Shown here: positions 37,731-48,931 of the stretch, piece by piece
Numbering within the stretch: position 1 is the first letter of the stretch
Layout: each line of letters opens with the position of its first letter
Source: Neoechinorhynchus agilis
Taxonomy: Eukaryota; Animalia; Acanthocephala
Direction of reading: 5' to 3'
Length of the DNA: 64,000 nucleotides
Assembly (NCBI GenBank): GCA_051530055.1
Contig: CM121342.1
Location: 16,011,480 to 16,075,479, forward strand
Notes under the pieces: generated by a model
What the model was told of the DNA's origin: nothing
Seen by the model: the letters and a program-made list of their open reading frames with translations, nothing else
Databases searched by the model: none
Translations under genes and position numbers: made by a program

Positions 37731-39554
37731 ATGGCGCGGAGTATTTTCCTGTGCTTCATTCCTTTTGATTTTTTAGAAATGCCTTCCAATCTTCGCGATG
37801 CGCTGCATATATCCTGTGGCTCATACAGAATTCTCCGTCGATACATTTTGTCTGAAGATAAGATCGAGAAACTCGATGACGCCGCATGGGCTGTAAATAA
37901 GTGTTTTGGAATTGGTTCCATGGCTTTAATGTCCACTGTGAGACGAATGAATGAGTTTCCGTGGAGAAGTCGAGCATTCGCAAAGCAGTTGAAGATTGAG
38001 TACAATGAAAGTCTTAAGGAGGTGGAGCAGGTTGACCAGGTCAATTCTCAAGATGCTAAAGTAATCGATGAAACCGTGGACGCTGGTGATGAACGAAATA
38101 ACGCGGAATTGGCTATAGATGTGAGAAAGCAGCGAAGAGTACCGTCGTCGCGACTTGGACGGCTTCTGACATTTGGGCAGTTAGCTGCGTCCTTGGCGTT
38201 TAATCGACGAACCGGAAATGACAAATACTTTGAGTTCTCTTGTATTTGAGGGGAGGGTTTGCTTAGAAAGTGACCTCAAAAATCCGGTCTAAGTGAAGGT
38301 TCGGCTGAACTTATAGTTGATACACTTTGTAGGGTACGAGGAGCGGCTCTTAAAATAGGACAAATGATAAGTATTCAAGACAATGCAGTTGTTTCCGCCT
38401 TAATAGGTGGAGATTCCCGTAATCTTCAATCTATATTTGAACGGGTTCGCCGTTCGGCTGATTTCATGCCGTTATCGCAACTGAACCGTGTGATGCGCAC
38501 TGAGTACGGATCGGAGTGGAGATCAAGATTCCAAGAATTCAACGATCAACCTTTCGCAAGTGCGTCGATTGGTCAAGTCCACGAGGCTTTAACAGTGGAC
38601 GGACAAAAGATAGCAGTTAAGGTTCAGTATCCGGGTGTCGCTCAAAGTATCGACTCCGATATCGACAATGTTGTATCTGTCCTCAAACTTACAAGTCCTC
38701 CAAAAGGACTTTATTTGGATAGTATGTTCAAAGCGACTCGAAATGAGTTGAAACAGGAAGTTGACTATTTGATTGAGGCGCAGAATCAACGAAGATTTTG
38801 TGCACTTTTAGCAGATGATCCCATATATTACGTTCCGCGGGTTCGGGATGATCTGAGCACCCGGCGTATATTGGTCGCTGAGATGGTAAAAGGAAAAAGT
38901 ATTGATGAGCTTACTGACGCACCGGCAGCAGTCCGAAATGAATTAGGATACCAACTACTTATTTGAACATTTGGTCATTAAAAAGGGGTGGGTGGGGTGC
39001 TACTTTTGTTAAGGTCAAATGATAGACTATGTTATCTAGAACTGTTTGTGTGGAACTTCATGCAGACCGATCCGAATTGGGCGAATTTTATGGTCGAAGC
39101 ATCACAGAATGGGATTCGTCGGATTAATCTGCTTGATTTCGGATCGTGCAGTCAATTCGATAAGACGCGCTTTGTTGATCCATACATGGAGGTAATCCAT
39201 TCCGCTGCAAAGAAAGATCGCGAGGGTATAATCAGAGGTTCAATAAAACTAGGTATGCTGACAGGATTGGAGAATGATAAAATGACCAATGCTCATTGCG
39301 ATAGCGTCATGATCCTCGGAGAACCCTACAGAAGTGAAGAACCATTCGATTTCGGCAGGCAGGACACGACGAAACGAATTGTTGAGCTCATACCTATCAT
39401 GGTTCAGAATAGATTAAAACCGCCACCAATCGAAACATATAGTCTTCATCGAAAAATGTCCGGAGCATTTTTGGCATGTGCCAAACTGAGGGCAAAAGTA
39501 AACACAAAAGCTTTGTCCGAGGAATTTTATTCCAAATATCAATACGGTCCTTAA
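37731..39554 (+). CDS. COQ8A: Atypical kinase COQ8/ADCK3 (ABC1 family)
   Basis: RRVPSSRLGRL, LSEGSAELIVDTLCRVRGAALKIGQMISIQD, FASASIGQVH, AVKVQYPGV, QTDPNWANF, LLDFG, PPIETYSLHRKMSG. There is one probable canonical 5' intron and two atypical in-frame inserts (57 and 63 nt). COQ8A versus COQ8B is not resolvable. Confidence 0.93.
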
Positions 39555-39999
39555 GGTTGCGGTAAACTGAATTTTGAAATGGTAATAAATAATGAGTAAA
39601 AATAATAACAATTAATTGGCTGTTTATGGCGTTTTAAGATACTTTAACCGTTCAAATATTTAAATAGGATATTTTTAAACAATCATTTATCACATCTACT
39701 GTCCTTAATCAAGAACATACCAACACTAGTTTTTAAATTTTGAAATGTGGCACAATTATTTGGGTTGGAAAATAGCCAATCATTATGGTTTGTACGATTT
39801 GAAATGCACAAAGCACGTTGAATGTCATTGAGAGCTTCCATACGAACAATTGCGATAGCTTCAATTTGCGCCAGGCTATCTTATTCCATCTTCGACTTAT
39901 TCTAAATACTTGTATGCTGATGATCTTACAACCATTAAGCATGCATCCGATATAAACACGTTTTATTGATTAGGAAAAGCGATCCATGCACTTGCCAGC

Positions 40000-40530
40000 A
40001 TCTATCTTTGCTGAAGTTGTCTGGATGTCGGATGTTGAGGCAGGGAGGTGGGATTTGTCTTTTGAGTTTTACAGGAGAATGACAGATTAGGAGTCTTTCC
40101 TTGTTCTCCGGTTATTAAGGAAAGATTGGGCTTGAGGGAAGAAAGATTTTTGGTAGAGGGTGGTACGAGCGAGGGGGGATGAAAAAAGTTGCGGTTACGG
40201 GTGTTTACTAGGGACGAGTATTTAGAGATGAGGGAAGAAAATTGTGGAGGGGGTTGAAGAAGACGGAGGGCGTTTTTGGAGCAAATGGAGTGGAGGTGGG
40301 CGTCGAGGGGAGGGAGTGAAGTCCTGCATATTCTCACTGCTCTCTTTTGGAAGGTTTCGAGGGAATGGAGAGCATTGGCGGGGATAGGGAGGATGGCAGA
40401 GAGATAAAAGTGGGCAAGGTGTTTAGGGGAAACGCCGAGACGCTGGAGGAGTTTGAGGAGATAAACACGAGGGTTTGTTTTAGAGAGTGTAAATGAAATG
40501 TGGGCATCCCATTTAAGGTCACTCTTAATT
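40000..40530 (-). mobile_element. L2/CR1-like non-LTR 3' fragment (family C)
   Basis: Frameshifted KWDAHISF...LETFQKRAVRICRTSLPPL...NTRNRNFFHPP. Confidence 0.65.
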
Positions 40531-40544
40531 ACTTCTAACGAATT

Positions 40545-41100
40545 TCTCGCGTTCAGGCGGTTTGTTCATCCAAATGTCTTACCCTTAACTTAACCAAGTG
40601 CATCGCCTTTTCGATTAATCACTTCTCCCTTTACCTTTCAACCGTGTCTCCTCTGTTCGTATTGTTGGTTTCCATTTTCAGGAAATCTAAAATTGGACAA
40701 GCACACATCAATTTCATTGCATAAAGTTTCCACTAAGCTATCCTCTTCTTAAACGCCTCCGATTCCTTGGATTATTATTTAAAGACCTTAAGTACTTCTA
40801 TTACAACACCATCCTACCAACGCTCACATACGCGCATATCAACCCTTCTGCAATTTTTCTTCTAAACTATTCCAAAAACTTAATACATTTCACAAGAGGT
40901 GCACTCTAATCTGCTCCTCTGAACTCCTGCCCTTAGAAAAACACCTCTCTCAGATCTTTCAAAAGCATTCAAAGCGCCTTCATCCTCTTCCTCTTCAATT
41001 TCTAAGACACATTTCTCTTTTTACGCACACTTACAACACTCGTCGCCCCAACATTTTCCATCCTTCAGTTCCTCGCACAAATCTCTAACTCCGCTCTTTC
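40545..41100 (+). mobile_element. L2/CR1-like non-LTR 3' fragment (family B)
   Basis: LTLNLTKC...VSSVRIVGFHFQ..LKLDKH...LNTFHKRCTLIC. Copy at 4030-4345. Confidence 0.7.
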
Positions 41101-41339
41101 TTCCCCACTGCTCAATCCTTCAAATGCGAAATGATTCGGAGGAAAGAACGGAAAACGACGACGAACAACTTAGGTTCTAAACAACTTACAAGTTCTTCTC
41201 CTTTCACTAGTGACATCAAACTGGAACTTGTGAAAGTTCTTTTTTATTGTTGCATTCGACTCCATAAACCATTTATTACTCCTTCAGGTCTTTTCCGATT
41301 TCGATCAAAACGCGTGACAGATCATCTGGCTACCCCTTC

Positions 41340-41525
41340 TCGGATATCATAACTTGAAATGAACTTTAGGAAAGACCCAACCTGACACCACTAATTCCCA
41401 CCCGACCTAACCTGGTAATCCACTCTAAAATGAAAACAGCCACATTCATTTATCCTATCAGAACTTGAGTGTTCACGAGGATCCAAACGTACATGGTTCC
41501 TTTTCGTTGTGCTTTAACAAATAAT
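41340..41525 (+). mobile_element. L2/CR1-like 3' fragment (family A, diverged)
   Basis: GATATCATAACTTGAAATGAA...GAAAGACC...CATTCATTTATCC.ATCAGAACT as in 24130-24370. Confidence 0.6.
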
Positions 41526-41579
41526 GGTACTTAATGGGTAAAGACAGGGTAACCATGGAAATGGATCAAGCAATGATAA

Positions 41580-42053
41580 ATGCTTTTCAATTTTCGATAC
41601 ATGTTTGGTCGTACCGCTAACCGTCACCGTCTCAGAGAATCCTTAAAAGTTCAGCGATTATCAGCTGATTTGGACGACAAGCGGCTAATTTTAGGTGCTG
41701 CTGAAAAGTTGCCAATTGATCAAGTGAGTGTTGGCGTTCAGTGTGACATTGTGGACTTATGTACACAGTGGCCGGATGAAACCATAGAAACCGCGGAAAA
41801 GGGGTGTATTTGGTCAAGTTATAGATTAGTTGCTGCAGGAATAGAAAACGTCCACTGCTCCAGGGCAGAGTGCATTGGACGATGCGAAAGGCACATAGCA
41901 CGCATGGCACGTAACTTATGTAGCGGCGAAGAAGATCCATTTGATTGCGTCCGGACATCATGTATGGAATGCTGCGAAAGTGTGGAGAGGATATGCGATT
42001 CCTTAAGCTCAGTGGATTCGCATGAATCGCTCGAGTGCGAATCCGAAAACTGA
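41580..42053 (+). CDS. Unidentified Cys-rich ORF
   Basis: 157 aa open frame with 12 Cys and protein-like composition. No recognisable family, and the start is uncertain. Confidence 0.4.
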   Translation: MLFNFRYMFGRTANRHRLRESLKVQRLSADLDDKRLILGAAEKLPIDQVSVGVQCDIVDLCTQWPDETIETAEKGCIWSSYRLVAAGIENVHCSRAECIGRCERHIARMARNLCSGEEDPFDCVRTSCMECCESVERICDSLSSVDSHESLECESEN

Positions 42054-43072
42054 GAACAACTTTGTGCATTCTAACATCCAAAGAAATCAATCGATTGGTG
42101 CTTAGTAAAGGCAAAAACAATCTCTTTCGATAAAAAAAGTGCCTTTTATTTGTCGTAGATTCCAAAAAACAACACTTGATTGTGAATCTGTGCATCTATC
42201 TACACTCGCACTAATTCTATATCTATTGCAGAAAGTTTGATTTAAAACATAAAAATCTCATGAAATATAAGTATAATTTTTTATTTTTGATTGGCTTTCG
42301 TTTCGTCATAGTTTGAGCAACCTTTTTCGTTAACAATGGCTAAGTGCTAATGTTTTTATTAAATTCCAAACATACTGTTCTTTAGACTTGGTTGAAAAAA
42401 GTGGAAAATTAAACGGCAAAGAGAAAAGTTTTCAAGCTAAAAATTAGCAGATAGGGCATGATTTATTCAAATTGTTAAAGGTAACAGGAAAAATAAGATG
42501 GAAAGGGAATTCTCGCCGCAGGTACACGAAATGCTCTGAATCTCATAAAAAAAGGACGATTCCGCATTGAACTTTAAAATTTGCACTGCCGTAGAAATCC
42601 CGATCGGATAAATCGGAAAGATTGTGTAGATATTCATTTAGGAATTAATTATGATGGTGAACTGAAGGAAAAAATTATGAAACTAACAAACAATCACTAA
42701 AGAAGACCAACGCATTCGTCGAAAATTCTGATTAATATATTCGTAATTTTTTCCTTCAGTTCACCATCATAATTAAATCGGAAAGAATCGCATTAAAAAG
42801 CAGCTGACCAACATTCGATGTGTATATCTGCGACATAAACCCTATTGATTTCTTCTTTTGTTACAATTAGCACTTTTTATGTTGCCATTGAGTTTTCTCT
42901 CATTGAGTTGTGATGTCATTGGGGGGCGCCTTCACAAGTACGAAAGAATCGTACATTTCTGGAATGTATGGAACTTGCATGTGTGCATTCCTGCGAGATC
43001 ATTGCTGCTTCTTACTTGAATGACCGTACTTTTAATTGCGTTCCAGAAATATAGGGAATGGTCTTCTTTTAA

Positions 43073-44432
43073 ATGGCGGATCCTGACGTCATCGTTAATA
43101 ACTTACAGCAAAAGGAGGGTCGTCACAGGCTTTGTGGCGGCGGCAGTGGCAGTAGAGCAAGAAGTCGTCGACGTCATCGAAGGCGACGGCAGACGGATGC
43201 CGATCAAGGGGGTGGATCTAGCCTCAGAGAACGCTTATCAAAACGTGTACCTTGCTTGTCTGCGTGGATCATCTTCGTGGCTGCCACTACCACTTACTTT
43301 GCTGCAATTGGACCCGAAATGGTTGAATTGGCCGGCTTTTGGATCATGATCCTTCACGCGTTCCTCGTATTTTTCGTCACTATTAACTTCTCACTTGTTA
43401 CTTTCATGGATCCAGGATACTTTACAAAAGGTAAGTGACGGCCTATTTTTCCGATTAATAATGATTTAAGTACTGAAGAAAAAAAATGATTTCATAATGT
43501 GTGTGTGGGGAGAGAGAATTCGTCGATTTGTGTTGCATCCCTCCTCCCTTCCTTCTGGTTTTAGCAACAAACGACGAAAACGAGCAAGACGACGTTCGGA
43601 GTCCGCTTTACAAAAGCGTCGAAATTAACGGGACGTTCGTTAGGATGAAATGGTGTACGACGTGTCAGTTCTATAGACCTCCTCGATGCTCACATTGCAG
43701 CAGTTGTGACTTTTGTGTGGACACATTCGACCATCATTGTCCGTGGTTGAACAACTGTGTTGGTCGACGCAACTACCGTTTCTTTGTGCAATTTTTGGTT
43801 TCAATAGCCGTGCACATGCTAGTCGTGTTCGGGACGTGTCTTTTCTACGTCCTTCAACAACGAGACCGAGCTCGGCAACTTAAAGTCATTTTGGCCGGGT
43901 GTCTAATGACGGTGATCACCGTTCTCGCGATCCCCGTCGGTGGACTCAGTGGATTCCATTTTTATCTGATTGCACGGGGCCGAACCACCAACGAACAGGT
44001 CACCGGCAAATTCAAGGCAAACGCCAACCCTTTCGATCAAGGGTGCTTAGGCAATTTTATCCAGATATTCTGCGCTTCCCTGAGTCCTTCTCCGTTGAGG
44101 TACTAATGATACGCGACTAGCATAATTCCTCCGAACTCCCTTTTTTTAGCTATGACTCGTTCGAACCATCATCTACAAGGTGGGCCACAAATCAATCGGA
44201 AAATCAGATCAATCCAAACAGACGGTTCAAACCTGTAATCACCACCGTCTCATCGTCCATGGCTTCACCTAACTATCGCGTGGCCGTTGTGAATGCTGCA
44301 ACAATCTCGAATGTATGCGCCAATCGTGGTGGGTGGAGTACCGACTTACCCTCTTACCTCGACGAAAACGACGTCGGAAACACTCAACAACCTCGCCAGC
44401 AACTATATGTACCTTCTGAAATCAGCGTGTGA
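43073..44432 (+). CDS. DHHC palmitoyltransferase, ZDHHC5/8 type
   Basis: MKWCTTCQFYRPPRCSHCSSCDFCVDTFDHHCPWLNNCVGRRNYRFF, GRTTNEQVTGKF, and C-terminal PDZ ligand EISV*. Two GT-AG introns. Confidence 0.93.
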
Positions 44433-44783
44433 ATTTGTAAATTCAATCGAGAACGTTTAAGGTCGTCAACGAGAGTGGGCAAAAACGAGAGCTCGTAATC
44501 CTTTTTTTCAGAATCGCTACTACTACTGCACACACGCCGCCGTGATTCAGTTCAAAAACCAACCAGACAGCATTCGTCCATGATTTCGGTCAACCACTTG
44601 TCGCCAAAAACAATCGCACAACCGTGGCCTCTTTTCCTCTCTCTCACTGTGTGTGTAAGTCAACACTGTCGTATGATTCATTTCTTAACACATAACGCAG
44701 CGTTTATCCAATGTTAACAAAATAGTTAAATAGGAAACGACACAAGGACTCGGTCACTGCTTACTTTTTGTTCCCTTAGCTAA

Positions 44784-46721
44784 ATGTTATCGGCTAAATC
44801 GAATCGACACGCAATCAGAGATACTCGGTGGGAAAAATGCCGACTTTTAATCAGTTCATTGGTGGCCTATATGATTTGCGACGGTATCAGTCTTTCCTTT
44901 GGACTATTGTTCAAAGAGCTGTTAAGACACTTCAAACGATCTACAGCGACCACATCTCTGGCTGCGTCGTTCCTTCATTGCGTACCGCTGCTCTATAGTC
45001 CATTGGCGCACTTTGTTCTTGAGTGTTTAAAATTTACAAATCTCGAAGGTATAGACGAGGGGAGGAGCTGAATAATATTACAGTAGAACGTCGTTGCGAA
45101 TTAATTGGGACCGAACACCACTCGAACGGGGTTTTTCAACAAAAGCTAGACAAACTTGGGAAAGAGAATTACATAATTTTAGCTTTATAGATGAAACAAA
45201 AATATTACTTTTTTGGTATATACATTTGCACACCTTCGTGTTTTTTTCACTTCAATATCTCTGATACACTTGAGGATTCAATATTTCAAATGCTCTTTCT
45301 ATTTTCAAAACGTTGTGCTTGCTTTTCGAATTTGAGGCCATAACAATTTAACAGTAATAAAAGAGTAAATATTATACGTTACCTCACTTGACAATAAACC
45401 GGTCTAATATCTCATTGCCCAGGGAATAATTTTCTTTAACTTTTGACCTTAAACGAAAACACCTTTAACCGTTTTTTCGACTAAAAAACGCACTTATATA
45501 ATGACCTTATCAGAATAATTGACGTTCCACTGTATTTCTAAATCTTTACAAGTTACTTAATTTTTCTCGAGTCATCAATTTAGCTTATTCTGCATCTTCG
45601 AAACGAAGACCGAGCATGTACTTGGGAGCCTTGGTCACGACCTTAAGTCTTGCGTCGGCTTTCTTCGTTGATGATTTTTGGCTACTCACATTCGTTTTTG
45701 GATTTGTGCTCACATTCGGGTTAGCGATCTTTTACATGGCGGCAATAACGATAATTCCTCGAGGATTCGATCGGAACATTGGCGTGGCAGTTGGTGTCAC
45801 AGTGAGTGGATCAGGCATCGGTCAAGCACTGTTTTCCTTTATGTTATCTAAAGCGATCGAATACTACGGTTGGCAAGGAGCGAGCTTACTGTTAGGGGGG
45901 ATTTCAGCTCATTTGTTCGCTTGTGTTGCATTCTACCCTCCACGAATTGTAGCCCGAATTAATCAGCAGCAACGGACGACTGAAGACTTCGTGGTCGTCA
46001 GGACAAAATCAACAAACGTTTTTGGAGTTCGACCATGTCTCTTTTATCTGTCGAGTTCTTTATTTATGACCGGGTTCAATATCCCTTACGTCTATTTGGC
46101 GGACTTAATATCGGAAATTGATACAGTCGGTCTTAAGGTAAGTACTGTCCGCGCTTACGTATGCATGGGAGTTTGCATGACAATCGGACAACTACTGTTC
46201 GGTTTTCTTGTCGGTTATCGGACTCATCTATCTACTGTATTCATTTAAAAAATGACGATCACTCACTTATAAGAGGGGCTTAATGAAGTGTGAGTGGTGG
46301 TTTGCACGTCACAAGCGTTTTGGCTTCCTCATTGTCGGTCCTCACAGTTCTGATTAACAAATCCGTGTTCGTTATGAGCCACGCAGCGTCCTTCGGCTTT
46401 CTAACGAGCGGCAGCAGTGTACTTATGTTCGTTATCGCTAAAAGAATATCCGGAGACCGGTTCTCGCTTGTATTAGGAATTACCCAGTTCTGTCAAGGAG
46501 TTGGAATCATCATCGGTCTTCCTGTTGGCGGCCTTCTCCACGACTTGTCACATTCTTACTTCTGGACGTTTGTGTTTGCGAGTGCGGTGCTTGCATTGAG
46601 TGCACTTGTAATGGCCGCATGGCCATTTGCTGCAGAAACACCCACGGAGATCGATTCCATTATCATATCGGCTACAACCGATACAACGATTGATCATTCG
46701 CCAATTAATCGAGAGGGCTGA
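44784..46721 (+). CDS. Monocarboxylate transporter-like (SLC16/MFS)
   Basis: DGISLSFGLLFKEL, FDRNIGVAVGVTVSGSG, YYGWQG, GFNIPYVYL, GLPVGGLLHD. Both junctions (about 45040-45604 and 46237-46290) are ambiguous. Confidence 0.88.
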
Positions 46722-46983
46722 GAGATTGTATGCGCGTGTATACACAACGAACGTTTGTCTATATAAATGCGTTTCGCTATCGCTCTCTCTCGGTGAACGA
46801 AGGCTATCGAAATTCGTCACCAAGTCATAGAAGCGCATTCTACGAGTACCGAAAATGCACTTTGTCGCCGTGCTAAAACCCTAATTAATCCATAATGATG
46901 AATTCGGTAGTTGGTGGGTCGGGTTTTTTGCTCTACAACCAACACTCATACTTCAAATTAAACTTATAAGAATACTGTAAATG

Positions 46984-48615
46984 TCAACAATAATCGTTGT
47001 AATCAATGTCGTCGCCATAATCGAGGTCATTGATGTGGTCTGGTGTTACTTCGAGTTTGTATCTCAGGATACCTAAGTGTGTACACGAGTCACAGTTACC
47101 ATGCGGCCATAAGGTGACGAATACCTCCAATTCCACCGAAACCTCGAACGAATTGACTACCTTCTTGAGATCGGTCGGTCACAATCTCCAGCGAAGTCCC
47201 TTGAACGAAATGGGGAGGGGGTTTATCAGCCTAAGTTTCAGCAGTTCTCATAAACAAATATTCTTAGCAAGGTATTCAAAATTACAAAAACCAGCTGATT
47301 TTGAAAGAAAGCGATCGTACCGAATGACTTGTAATTGTTGGCGAACCACTCGATCACGTTCATTGTTTCCACTATCTCCAGATCCTGATCCGTCTAAAAA
47401 GAAAAAAATGCATAGATATCAGTTTCACACTCTTACCTCTTTATCCCTGAAATGTTGTTTCTCCTTCTCTTCTTCTGGCTTCAAAAATATCTCCTTACTG
47501 TCGCCAGTAGCTGGATTCTTTATGACATACCGATTGATATCCAAATTCTCCCAAACTATCAGTATCTCCACCGCGCCGCTTTGAAGTGCATAAAGGGTAT
47601 CCTCGATCCCAAAACAGTACAGACCAGAATCCCGCGATATTTCGTCGAAATATCGATTAATTAGTTTTTTCTCTTGAATGAATTTGACGTTTTGAAGGCA
47701 CTCGCTAGCCAGTTCAATGGCCTGATTGAATCCATTGTCGCCCCCATATGAGATATCGACGATTTTGATCACTCTTGACTGCAACCGAGGATCAAACATG
47801 TCACTTTGGCTGAGTTCCGTCTTAAAATCAGCACTCCCGGCCAGAACGATGCCACTGCAATTGACCCGATCGTTCGATATGTAGCACGTTACCGCAGTTT
47901 CGGCCACTTTCCTTATATAATTATGCCGTTTTTCCATGCGGAGACGAGCGAAACGTAGCGCAGATTGTCCACCTCGACCGTGCTTCTTTGGAAGATCGAC
48001 AGTAAAACGTGTTAGAACCTATTTAGATTGATGTGAGATGGCCATTAATGCAGAGCCACTCACATTCCGGGCATTTCCTTGTAAGGTTCCAAACAGTGCC
48101 CCATTGCCGTCTATGACGATAAAACCGAATCTTGTATCGTCCACAAGAAGTGCACTTAGGGCCTATTGAAGAAAATGTAGAAAAAGAATCATCGAAACAT
48201 TACGCACTTCGGTGTGAAACTTATTGTCGCACAAATACAACGACGTATTGATGGCCTTAAAAGGCTCAAAATCGATATTAACCTTCTTTTCTTTTCCATC
48301 CTCGGTCACTATTGTCCCACAATAAACAACAAGACCTTGATCAGGAACTCGATTATACAATTTAAGACGAGTTTGAACGCTGGTGATCGCACTTAATACC
48401 GATGACCGATTCACCCGATTTTTTATGTTGCTCGCTGTGCCGTACTCATCAGCGAGCATCTTTGATATACGGCTAATTTGATCCTTTGGTGGAATGATTA
48501 GCGATATCATACTTGTGCCGTTTCCACGAGCCATCTCGAGACTCTTTATCAACTTGCGTATCTTCCACATCTCAATATTGCGATCCGATGATACGGCTTC
48601 CGATTGACCATCCAT
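46984..48615 (-). CDS. ETF1: Eukaryotic peptide chain release factor 1
   Basis: [54 protein letters not shown]|ILRY. Five exons, GT-AG introns. Confidence 0.97.
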
Positions 48616-48931
48616 TTCCGGCAAATTATCTACAACATAAAAAATACGATCGCAAGTGCTGAAATATTAGACTCTAGCTTTCGTTTATGAGCTGATTTTT
48701 GCCTCAAACGACTGGAAAGAAAAAATCTTCTTAAAACGCAAAAGTTACATCAATTCTCTTTGAAGAAGAACAACAAATGATTCGGCCCTGGAAAACACTC
48801 GCTTTTACAAGGCAAAAAAAGATCAGTATAAAAACGGTAGATGCACCCAAATGCCAACATAATTACAAGAACATATTTCTTTGTTATATACAGTAGCATT
48901 ATTTAAGAAGAAGCGATTTGAACGCTCAATC

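Noticed and set aside
12312-46291. Atypical inserts as U12 (minor spliceosome) AT-AC introns
   Set aside because: None has the ATATCCTT 5' signature or a TCCTTAAC branch site.
46984-48615. Stop-codon reassignment implied by variant eRF1
   Set aside because: Conserved genes here end in TAA, TAG and TGA and show no in-frame stops at conserved residues.
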